NCBI GenBank assembly: GCA_043813605.1
Contig: JBDRKX010000095.1
Span: 1-34,227 of the forward strand
Origin: Elusimicrobiota bacterium
GTDB taxonomy: Bacteria; CG03; SLGR01; JBDRKX01
Length of the DNA stretch: 34,227 nucleotides
Direction of reading: 5' to 3'
Shown: piece after piece, positions 26,337 to 34,227 of the stretch
How positions within the stretch are numbered: the stretch's first letter is position 1
Layout of the letters: each line of letters starts with the position of its first letter
Position numbers and translations under genes: made by a program
The notes under the pieces: generated by a model
The model's database searches: none
Told to the model about the DNA's origin: nothing
What the model saw: the letters and a program-made list of their open reading frames with translations, nothing else

Positions 26337-28922
26337 CTAATTCTTCCTCAAAGCCGGCAGTTCGATCGCTCTTCCTTTTCTGTTTGCTCCCAGTATCATC
26401 TTCTGCTGATACCCGGATGGGAGAACCGTGTCTATGATATTGGTATCAGAATCAATACGCCTTCCTGTAAACGCATGCGGGTCGCCATTACCTTCTTCTT
26501 TTATTATGACCATATTGCCCTCGTTATCAGCGGCCAGGACAACCGGTATTATTCCCCAGTTCTCAACAGAAGCCGGGATTATATCTCCTTTTATAAATAT
26601 ATTAATTGTGTTATCCAGAGGGCTTATGCTGATCTCGGGTTCTCCTATTTTTTTGCCTGCCGAATTATAAACTGCTTTATTCCACCCGCTCACCGTTATG
26701 CAGTATTCCCAGGCATCTTCTGTTACCGTATAAGCTTTTCTGCCATCAAGCATCTGAGTTGTCCCGAGTTCGGCGCGCCCATTCACATCGATGTAAATAT
26801 CTATAATAGACAGGCTGAAACCATACGGCGCTGAATAGGGATTTTCCAGTGAACTGAATTCAAGCGCTATGACTTTTTCGCCATTATTCTCGTCTGCTTC
26901 TATTTTTCTGATATCCAGGCATCCTTCATAATCTTCCATCATCGAAGGAACGACATAGTTACCCGGCCCGTATGTATCTCCTACAGGATCTATATATGAT
27001 ATTTTACTGCGGGACATCTTAAAATCAGGAACTGTGACCGAAAAATGCCCGTCTTCCGGAAAAAAACTGTCTTCGGCATAAACTCTGAAAAACAGTTTTT
27101 TTCTCGGACTGATCCCTATATACTTAAGAGGAACCGAGAATTCGAGGATCCCTGTTGAATAACCGACCTCGTAACTTCCCGTAAGAGCTTCCCATGATTC
27201 ATTTCCCGTGGTCCTGTATATGACTGTCTTTCCCGGGACTTTCTTTCGCCAGTTAACATCGAGGTATACCGGAAAATCCTGTACTTCATCCACAGATGTT
27301 TTATGTCCTCGCGGAAACAGGGCGGCGCCTGATGCGTTCATATGACCGATATACACCCCGGCTGTATCGACATCGCCTGATGATATATTAAGCATATAGT
27401 ACACCTTTTCATTGCCGAATCCGCAGAATATTTCATTTATCAACCTGCCGGTTGAAGTGGATACAAGAGAACCCTCCCATTCACCCGGTTCTGTCTTACC
27501 ATCACATTCCACGCTGACAATGGAAGTCATTTCAGTTTCAGGTACCACAGATTTATTTTCCATTACAGGCATAAAAAGCCTGATCGGCGGAGAAAGCTCT
27601 ATCTTCCTGTACACTTCTATGAGTGATTTTCTGAAAACCCTCTCATATTCAGGAACAGTGAAATTCTCGCATATCTCACCGGCTTCAGCAATAAGAAGAT
27701 TATTCTGAATATCCATAAGAACGTCGAGGCTCGCCCTGCCGGAATTTTTATATTTGTACGCTATTTCACGGGCTTCTTTGAGCATAACGGCTACCGTATC
27801 CAATCCGGCGCTGAAAACCCCTGGCCGGCAACTGAAAGCAGCCGTACTTATGTCAGGAACAGTCTCTTCTTCTGAAATATCTTCAAATACGGTTTCTATA
27901 AACTCATCGAATCCTATTAGTTCCAGGTATTTATCTTCCAGGATCATCTCAATATCTTCGATACCAACGACAAGCACACGAGGTCTTCCGGATTCGTTGG
28001 GCACATCTCTCAGATAACCGCAAACTGCTGAAGAAGAAGCTGAACTGCAGAAAAAATCATCAATATAAAGAGCCTGAGGATTTGTCCTTGTGTATTCGGC
28101 AGTTCCGGTTGAATTTGAGGTAAACCATTTTAAGCTTGTCTTGGTTAATTGTTCTATGCTATCCGCATTCAGATAACCTGATCTTGGCACAAAACCGTCA
28201 GGGAAATTCCCCTTAAACATCTTGTAATTTACCATGCTCTCGAGTATCTGGACCTTGATCCTCTCCCTGTCCAGAAGCCCCATATGAGCATCACTGAGAC
28301 TTGTCACGGCTTCCTCTATATTTTCTGTATCCAGCAGTGTTTTAAGCAGTCCGTTAAAATTTCCCGCTTCTTCCCTCATAAACCCGGTCAATTCATCTTT
28401 ATCGGTCAAAGTAAAAGTCGATTTTTCCAGCAGGCCTCTTATATAATCGCTCTTTTTCAGACTTGTTCCCAAATAACCGAGCCCCTCCAATACCTGCAGG
28501 GAACCGACAGGAAAAGTAGTTACAGTGACATTGTATTTATCTCTAAGGTAGTCTGCCTGTTCTCCGGTAAGTTTTTCGGGGCCGGATACCAGGAGGGGAC
28601 TGAACATCTTTTCATCTTCGCTGATCGATGCCAGCCTGCGCACAACGGGACCGGATATACAGATAGCCATAGGCGTTTTTGAATATCTGGCTGATACTGT
28701 ATCAATTTTATCACGCCAGACGCCAAGAATTTTTCTATTAAAAGTTTCCGTGAACCGGGATCCGAAAGGATGATGCATTACAGCAATAACAAAAGCTTTC
28801 TCTTTTTTGTGCGAACGGTTTTCCGGCATAGCGCCGGATTGTGTCACTCCTGCCGGACTTTTTGCGCATGCAGAGATTACAGCGGCCGCCACAATGATCA
28901 GGAGGCTTTTATTCAGTCTCAT
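26337..28922 (-). CDS. Lipoprotein with degenerate GH57 (amylopullulanase)-like region and C-terminal glucodextranase DOMON-like domain
   Basis: Lipobox ISAC; MHHPF, FPDGFVPRSG, LLIAEAGE; C-terminal DPVGDTYGPGNYVVP...ENPYSAPYGFSLSIIDIYID...AWEY.ITVSGW. Confidence 0.7.
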   Translation of the reverse strand: MRLNKSLLIIVAAAVISACAKSPAGVTQSGAMPENRSHKKEKAFVIAVMHHPFGSRFTETFNRKILGVWRDKIDTVSARYSKTPMAICISGPVVRRLASISEDEKMFSPLLVSGPEKLTGEQADYLRDKYNVTVTTFPVGSLQVLEGLGYLGTSLKKSDYIRGLLEKSTFTLTDKDELTGFMREEAGNFNGLLKTLLDTENIEEAVTSLSDAHMGLLDRERIKVQILESMVNYKMFKGNFPDGFVPRSGYLNADSIEQLTKTSLKWFTSNSTGTAEYTRTNPQALYIDDFFCSSASSSAVCGYLRDVPNESGRPRVLVVGIEDIEMILEDKYLELIGFDEFIETVFEDISEEETVPDISTAAFSCRPGVFSAGLDTVAVMLKEAREIAYKYKNSGRASLDVLMDIQNNLLIAEAGEICENFTVPEYERVFRKSLIEVYRKIELSPPIRLFMPVMENKSVVPETEMTSIVSVECDGKTEPGEWEGSLVSTSTGRLINEIFCGFGNEKVYYMLNISSGDVDTAGVYIGHMNASGAALFPRGHKTSVDEVQDFPVYLDVNWRKKVPGKTVIYRTTGNESWEALTGSYEVGYSTGILEFSVPLKYIGISPRKKLFFRVYAEDSFFPEDGHFSVTVPDFKMSRSKISYIDPVGDTYGPGNYVVPSMMEDYEGCLDIRKIEADENNGEKVIALEFSSLENPYSAPYGFSLSIIDIYIDVNGRAELGTTQMLDGRKAYTVTEDAWEYCITVSGWNKAVYNSAGKKIGEPEISISPLDNTINIFIKGDIIPASVENWGIIPVVLAADNEGNMVIIKEEGNGDPHAFTGRRIDSDTNIIDTVLPSGYQQKMILGANRKGRAIELPALRKN

Positions 28923-29406
28923 TTTTCCTGTCTTTCAGCTCTATGTCCAGGTCAAGTATCTGGCCGGGATGAAGTTCAATATCCTCTTCCCATCTTGAAC
29001 CGTCCTGTCTCATGAGTACTAACTTGTATTCTTTCTGAACATCTACCGAAAAGACATCGAATTCAACAGGGGTTTTACCCTTGTAATATCCGTTCACGAA
29101 AACCTTTGATCCTTCAGGATCTGTCTTTATATTGATTTTTGCAGGCCCGGTCTTTTCTACCGGATCGGCATCCTGTCCGCCAGTATCTTCCGGTTCCTCT
29201 TCCCGGTACTGAACCGGCGGCGGCTTTGTAATAACCAGTATTCCGGTATCACCGGCTATCTTATCATTTTTGAAAGACGTGGAAATAACGCTGTCATTTA
29301 CAACTGGTCCTTTTCTGCTCAGACATGTATATCCATAAGACAGCGCGGCTGCGAGTAAAGCAGTATTAAGAAACAGGATCAGAATGAGTACAATCTTTTT
29401 TGTCAC
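28909..29406 (-). CDS. PEGA domain membrane-anchored protein
   Basis: N-terminal TM; INIKTDPEGSKVFVNGYYKGKTP PEGA motif. Confidence 0.85.
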   Translation of the reverse strand: MTKKIVLILILFLNTALLAAALSYGYTCLSRKGPVVNDSVISTSFKNDKIAGDTGILVITKPPPVQYREEEPEDTGGQDADPVEKTGPAKINIKTDPEGSKVFVNGYYKGKTPVEFDVFSVDVQKEYKLVLMRQDGSRWEEDIELHPGQILDLDIELKDRKNETE

Positions 29407-29831
29407 TCGAATTTATACCCTTCTTCCTCAAAACTCTCCGCTGCATCTTCTATTCCAATAGATGTTTTTTCTTCCTCGTAATATTCATCAGGGACAGACT
29501 CTGCAGGTTCTTCCACAGCTTCTTCGTCCATTTTTATCTTTTCTTCAGACGGCCGGATGCTGTTTATCATCTGAGAATATATCTGTTCCTGTTCTTTGAG
29601 TTTATCAAGGACTCCCCAAAGCTGGTCTTCCAGTCTCAAATTCCTTTCCATACTGTCATCCAGTCTATCTTTTAATCCGTTTATAGCTGTGTCTATCTGG
29701 TTTTTCCCGGCTGATCCCCCGAAAAAAGTTCTCCATATGATCACCCAGAGAACCATATTCAATACTGCCAAGAGTACCGCCAGGAGAGCAAAAACCGCTG
29801 CCGGTTCCAATCTGCTTATCATACTCATCAT
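29403..29831 (-). CDS. Hypothetical membrane protein (TM, coiled coil, acidic tail)
   Basis: 142 aa ORF, GAGGGAG RBS, overlaps the next gene. Confidence 0.75.
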   Translation of the reverse strand: MMSMISRLEPAAVFALLAVLLAVLNMVLWVIIWRTFFGGSAGKNQIDTAINGLKDRLDDSMERNLRLEDQLWGVLDKLKEQEQIYSQMINSIRPSEEKIKMDEEAVEEPAESVPDEYYEEEKTSIGIEDAAESFEEEGYKFE

Positions 29832-29913
29832 GTAATCTCCCTCAAATTATATTACAGCTAATTCTATTTATTTTTATATTAATTGGCAAATACTCCTGTT
29901 TGAAATAATAATA

Positions 29914-29943
29914 TTTAAAAAAACTGCTTTTTTATGCTATATT
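29914..29943 (+). promoter_or_regulatory. Possible extended -10 promoter for the ABC genes
   Basis: TG-C-TATATT at 29935-29943, TTTAAA 18 bp upstream; the region is AT-rich, so weak evidence. Confidence 0.35.
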
Positions 29944-29948
29944 TATGT

Positions 29949-30596
29949 ATGCTCAAACTTATCGGAATAAAGAAGGATTACGGTTTCCCGCTGCTCCGGT
30001 CAATCGACATTTCTGTCGATGATGGAGAGGCGCTTGCGCTCATGGGCGCAAACGGCTCCGGTAAGACGACTATTATAAAGATACTGTCTTCTGTCATAAT
30101 CCCTGACAGCGGCAGTATAGAGATAGACGGGCTTGAACTTAATTCCGGTTCCGCTGATGCCCGGATGATCACGGGCTCGGTTTTTTCTGATGACAGGTCG
30201 TTTTACATGAGGCTTTCCGGCATCAGTAATCTCAGGTTTTATTCCCGGTTTTACGATATAAACGACAAAGAATTCTCTACCCGTCTTGATCATTATTCGG
30301 ATAAACTCGGTTTCAAAAAAAAGCTGCTTAACAGGCCGGTAATGGAATACTCAAGAGGAGAAAAACAGGTTCTTTCTTTTCTCCGCCTTTTTATCAACGG
30401 TACCAGACACTTTTTTATCGACGAACCCTCCATATCTCTTGATGAAGAGCACCGGGCGCGCATAATATCCGCTTTAAAAGAAGAGATGCGGACCGGGAAA
30501 ACGGTGCTTTTTGTAACACACTCCAAAGAAGAAGCAGCAGAACTTTCATCAAAAGTATGTTTTCTTAAAGACGGCATCATACACCATGAGACCTGA
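29949..30596 (+). CDS. ABC transporter ATP-binding protein
   Basis: GANGSGKTT, signature-like YSRGEKQ, FFIDEP, FVTH; start 29949 preferred, 29934 possible. Confidence 0.9.
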   Translation: MLKLIGIKKDYGFPLLRSIDISVDDGEALALMGANGSGKTTIIKILSSVIIPDSGSIEIDGLELNSGSADARMITGSVFSDDRSFYMRLSGISNLRFYSRFYDINDKEFSTRLDHYSDKLGFKKKLLNRPVMEYSRGEKQVLSFLRLFINGTRHFFIDEPSISLDEEHRARIISALKEEMRTGKTVLFVTHSKEEAAELSSKVCFLKDGIIHHET

Positions 30597-31368
30597 AATA
30601 ATATTCAATTTTATGGAAAGGGATTTCAGGATAAGTATTTCCTACCGTACAGCTTTTGCCGGCCGGTTAATGGGACTTGTTTTTCTTCTGGGAATTTTTT
30701 ACTACATATCACTGTCTACTGATAAACCGGCGTATTTCCCGTATATACTGATCGGCCTTGCGTATACAGCTATTATAAGGAACTCTCTTTTTTTCCTCTC
30801 AAACAGGATAGAAAACGAACAGATATCAGGAACTATCGGCTACCTTTTCACATCTCCTTTCAGCACAATGGAATACCTGCTGGGAACAAGTATTTACGGC
30901 CTGATCATGGGCTGGATAGAAGCATTAGTCTATATCATTGCAGGGATCTTTATTTTCAATACTCCGTTCACCATTGATCCGGCGCATCTGGTAAACATCA
31001 TCCCCGCAGTATTATTCGGAACACTTTCGTTATGGGGTATCGGGATCATAGCGGCAAGTATCACGCTTGTGTGGAAAAAAGGAAGTTCCCTGTCATGGCT
31101 TTTTACTGCAGGAGTGATCTTTTCCGGTAATGTGTTCTTTCAGTCTGACCTTCTTCCGGAATGGTTCGCCTGGATATCCAGGTTGAATCCGGCAAAATAT
31201 TCTCTTGATATCATAAGGCATATACTGTCAGCCGGCGCTATACAACCCGGTGCAAATGACTATATTATCCTTATTGTCCTTTCATTTGTCTTTTTGGGCG
31301 GAGGGATATTAAGTTTTAAAACAGCCCTTAAGCGGGTTAAGAAAAAAGGCGACCTGGAGCACTTTTAA
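30586..31368 (+). CDS. ABC-2 type exporter permease
   Basis: About six TM segments; RDFRISISYR, EQISGTIGYLFTSP, FSGNVFF..LLPEW...LNP. Confidence 0.88.
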   Translation: MRPEIIFNFMERDFRISISYRTAFAGRLMGLVFLLGIFYYISLSTDKPAYFPYILIGLAYTAIIRNSLFFLSNRIENEQISGTIGYLFTSPFSTMEYLLGTSIYGLIMGWIEALVYIIAGIFIFNTPFTIDPAHLVNIIPAVLFGTLSLWGIGIIAASITLVWKKGSSLSWLFTAGVIFSGNVFFQSDLLPEWFAWISRLNPAKYSLDIIRHILSAGAIQPGANDYIILIVLSFVFLGGGILSFKTALKRVKKKGDLEHF

Positions 31369-32163
31369 CATAAGCAGCAGGGGCCTGAAAAACAGCATAA
31401 GTGCCGAAGGCCTGATCCGGTATCTTCTTTCAAGAAAATCAAGATCAGGAAAAATAAAATCAAAGAAAAAGAGCAGTTTGCTTTTTATTCCCTTTGAAGC
31501 AAGAGGCCGTAAGAAATGGCCCTTATCCTCGAAACCCGGCATAGATATAACCAGTTCCATATATTTTCTTTTAAGTCCGGACTGTCTCATACGCGGTTTT
31601 TCCCAGCCGCAGTATTCCGAGGCTATACAGAAAAGTTCCGAAAGGCCGTAACGACTGATCCTCTCTTCCAGTGCTCTTCCGTCAATACCGGATATCATAA
31701 GTCTTTCGGCATCTTCTTTCCAGTGTCCGGTATCCGCCGCGTGATGCATCAATCCATGGTAGATGATATATATAAGATGATCCACATCATCCATCACGAA
31801 CATACCGTTGATCTTCTTCATCCTTTTCCATATTCCCGGACTCATACCGCCGCGGGCATACGGTATGTCCGTATGTATGTCTATCAGCACATTCTCCCCG
31901 GCTTTATAAAAACCTCTTTCACCGCTGCATACCTTTCCATAACCCGTATTCCTCATCATATATTCAAATTTATATAAATCCTTCTCTCTTATTAAAATAT
32001 CGATATCTTCCATGTCCCTTTCCCATATTTCATATACTCCGGATATAATCAACGCAGAACCCTTCAACTGACATAAGTCAATATTTCTTTTCCGGCATTC
32101 CCCGGCAATCTCTTCTGCTTTGTTTATAATCAGCATATTTCTATATAAAAGGTTCTTATTCAT
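31309..32163 (-). CDS. Nucleotidyltransferase family protein (NTP_transf_5-like)
   Basis: LKGSAL...Y...RDMEDIDILI...IDIH motif set. Confidence 0.8.
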   Translation of the reverse strand: MNKNLLYRNMLIINKAEEIAGECRKRNIDLCQLKGSALIISGVYEIWERDMEDIDILIREKDLYKFEYMMRNTGYGKVCSGERGFYKAGENVLIDIHTDIPYARGGMSPGIWKRMKKINGMFVMDDVDHLIYIIYHGLMHHAADTGHWKEDAERLMISGIDGRALEERISRYGLSELFCIASEYCGWEKPRMRQSGLKRKYMELVISMPGFEDKGHFLRPLASKGIKSKLLFFFDFIFPDLDFLERRYRIRPSALMLFFRPLLLMLKVLQVAFFLNPLKGCFKT

Positions 32164-33631
32164 TTTTTAATATAATAATTTTCTTTAGATCCCCTATTAC
32201 TGTATAGATAAAATATTTGTTGTTTTCATTAGGCACCTTTATTACTTTTAACTCATTTAAGTATTTATCTGTAATTTCCAAATTCCCGATATCTTCCTCA
32301 ATCACAAACTCTATTCTGCAATTTCTTATTAAATCCCTTTCCAGGTTATGATCAATACCAATATAATAGAGGGCTTCTTTTTCCGGTAACGGCACATCAA
32401 AACCTGCCAGCGCTGATGTCGATTCAACAATACTGAATTTAGTACCGGCTACATCATCCTGGTTGGTAATAATGGATATTTTCCTTATCACTCCTGTCGA
32501 TTTTTCACAGGAAACATACCAGCTTATACTGGCAGGATTAATGCTGAGCGGTTCAAATTGTACATTCAGTTGTTTGTCTTCCGGAAAAATATCTTTCTTT
32601 AATACAGCTTTTCTTTTGATAAACGGTTTCCGGTATCTCGCTTTCAGGGATTTCCCGAATACTGCCTGAAAGGAAATTCTATGCGATTCCCCGAGATAGG
32701 AATATGGCGCATATGAATAATCAAGTATTATGTTTCCTATCTCTACTCCGAATCCTCCTCTGAAACCCGAAAAATCTCCGAGAGGGTTCCCTGTCAGCCT
32801 GTAGATGTACCCTGTTCTTAAAAATAATTTATTCCATATCCTGTATTCGAAACCTGTATGTATCTTCAGGTAGTTGTCGATGGCCTGGTGAAGATCAAGC
32901 GCCATAAGCAGATCATCAATCAGGAATGTTCCCACACCGAGGTTGTAATCAAGAGGAAGGTTATACGCTTCATTCTCAAACTTTATCGCTGTTCCGAAAT
33001 TCCTTATAGACGCGCCAAAAAAAAGTGTTCTTTTCCACAGATCTATTCCGGTATGTTGTATACCTATATCAAAACCCGCGCCATATGCCTTCTCCTTATC
33101 AATACACTGAAGTATCCCTTTCAATGCAACACCGCCATACAATTTTCTACTCAGTTTTCTTGCATACAATCCCGCTACCATTAAATCGTACGCCCCGAAT
33201 TCACCTTCAGACGGCGTTAACTGATAATACGGATCATCTTCTCCGGTACCTGACCGTTTTTCAATATCATTTTTTATTATAAGGGAATCTATCATGATCC
33301 CTATACTCTCATCCTTGTATATAGGCATAACCCCGCCGACAAAATTCTTACTCATATTCTGGAACCACCTGTTATAACTGACGCCTATCCTTCTCTTCCC
33401 CAGTCTTGCAATAGACGCGGGATTCCACCACATCCCGAATACATCCGATTCGATACCGGCCTGGGCTTCACCCATAGCGACACCTCTGCCGCCCGGCGGT
33501 ATCTTCAAAAATGCAGCGGAAGTATTTCCTGCATTAGGATGGATCTTGTAAGCCCACCCCATCCGTACCGATACGGATAATGCCGCTGCAATGAAAATTA
33601 TACTGATTAATAATTTTACTCTTTTGAGCAC
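32156..33631 (-). CDS. PorV/PorQ-like outer-membrane beta-barrel with C-terminal extension
   Basis: GTG start, signal peptide, AAFLKIPPGGRGVAMGEA...WWNPASIA...DYSYAPYSYLGESHRISF. Confidence 0.8.
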   Translation of the reverse strand: MLKRVKLLISIIFIAAALSVSVRMGWAYKIHPNAGNTSAAFLKIPPGGRGVAMGEAQAGIESDVFGMWWNPASIARLGKRRIGVSYNRWFQNMSKNFVGGVMPIYKDESIGIMIDSLIIKNDIEKRSGTGEDDPYYQLTPSEGEFGAYDLMVAGLYARKLSRKLYGGVALKGILQCIDKEKAYGAGFDIGIQHTGIDLWKRTLFFGASIRNFGTAIKFENEAYNLPLDYNLGVGTFLIDDLLMALDLHQAIDNYLKIHTGFEYRIWNKLFLRTGYIYRLTGNPLGDFSGFRGGFGVEIGNIILDYSYAPYSYLGESHRISFQAVFGKSLKARYRKPFIKRKAVLKKDIFPEDKQLNVQFEPLSINPASISWYVSCEKSTGVIRKISIITNQDDVAGTKFSIVESTSALAGFDVPLPEKEALYYIGIDHNLERDLIRNCRIEFVIEEDIGNLEITDKYLNELKVIKVPNENNKYFIYTVIGDLKKIIILKNE

Positions 33632-33644
33632 TGTTTAACCTCTC

Positions 33645-33675
33645 AGCCGTAAGCTGTAAGTGTTAAGTTTTAAGT
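33645..33675. repeat. Heptamer TAAG array overlapping the four-helix-bundle stop codon
   Basis: AGCCGTA AGCTGTA AGTGTTA AGTTTTA AGT. Confidence 0.75.
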
Positions 33676-34019
33676 CTTTTTTGAAAACCATGTAACATTT
33701 TTCCTACTTCATCAGCTAATTCTATTAGGAGTATATAATCATTATTTTTCAGATATTTCAAATCACGAGATAGCAGTAAAAGATATTTTGTTTCCTCCAG
33801 TGAACTTTCTGCAATATTAAGAAACCGTTCAAAATCTTTATGTGTTTTTCTTTTATATCCTTCTACAATATTAGTTGCTATTGAAGATGATGATCTTCTA
33901 ATCTGTGATACAAGGCCGTATTTTTCAAAACTTGGAAATATATTTGTATGTTTATATACTTCAAGAACAAGTTCATGCGCCTTCTTCCATACTTTTAATT
34001 TTTCAAAATTGTTACTCAT
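33663..34019 (-). CDS. Four helix bundle protein (23S rRNA intervening-sequence protein family)
   Basis: FEKLKVWKKAHELVLEVY..T..FPSFEKYGLVSQIRRSSSSIATNIVEG...RFLNIAESSLEETKY. Confidence 0.92.
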   Translation of the reverse strand: MSNNFEKLKVWKKAHELVLEVYKHTNIFPSFEKYGLVSQIRRSSSSIATNIVEGYKRKTHKDFERFLNIAESSLEETKYLLLLSRDLKYLKNNDYILLIELADEVGKMLHGFQKRLKT

Positions 34020-34024
34020 ATTTT

Positions 34025-34227
34025 CTTACAACTTTTCATCAGTTTTAAGTCTTAAGTTATACGTTGTAAGCATAATTATTAATATTAAATTTTCTTATCT
34101 TAAAACTTACCACTTACAACTTACCACTTATAACTTACCTCTTACCACTGTTTCATCAGTTTTAAGTCTTAAGTTATACGTTGTAAGCATAATTATTAAT
34201 ATTAAATTTTCTTATCTTAAAACTTAC
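34025..34227. repeat. Tandem 117-bp-period duplication (from 34036 and 34153) with CTTA heptamer arrays; continues off the window
   Basis: TCATCAGTTTTAAGTCTTAAGTTATACGTTGTAAGC...CTTAC occurs twice; a third copy lies at 17742. Confidence 0.9.

Noticed and set aside
33663..34227. Diversity-generating retroelement (Avd-like gene plus TR/VR-like repeats)
   Set aside because: No reverse transcriptase in the window; the repeat copies are intergenic and differ by one base, with no adenine-mutagenesis pattern.
1..34227. tRNA, rRNA or riboswitch genes
   Set aside because: None recognised; intergenic spaces are short or explained by repeats. A covariance-model scan was not run.

Overview
Bacterial chromosomal window, mostly on the minus strand. 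The gene content (PorV/PorQ-like barrel, giant secreted protein, four-helix-bundle gene) loosely suggests an Elusimicrobiota-like lineage, but this is inference only. 1-8290 is the 5' part of a giant (about 2,700 aa or more) secreted repeat protein that runs off the left edge and is absent from the ORF track. 8290-14230 is an AT-richer accessory zone with two toxin-antitoxin pairs, a decayed DUF1016 gene, TPR/HEAT proteins and a REP-associated tyrosine transposase (RAYT). The RAYT's 28-bp terminal repeat recurs four times about 5 kb away, three of them in frame in the giant protein's N-terminal leader. 14230-29830 is a core-like run: mfd, Nudix, intein-containing pcrA/uvrD, RlmD-like methylase, DUF89, O-antigen ligase-TPR, DegP, a degenerate GH57-like lipoprotein and a PEGA protein. 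It is followed by an ABC exporter, a nucleotidyltransferase, a PorV-like gene and a four-helix-bundle gene. Three intergenic sites share inverted arrays of 7-bp TAAG/CTTA units, and one of them encloses the four-helix-bundle gene.
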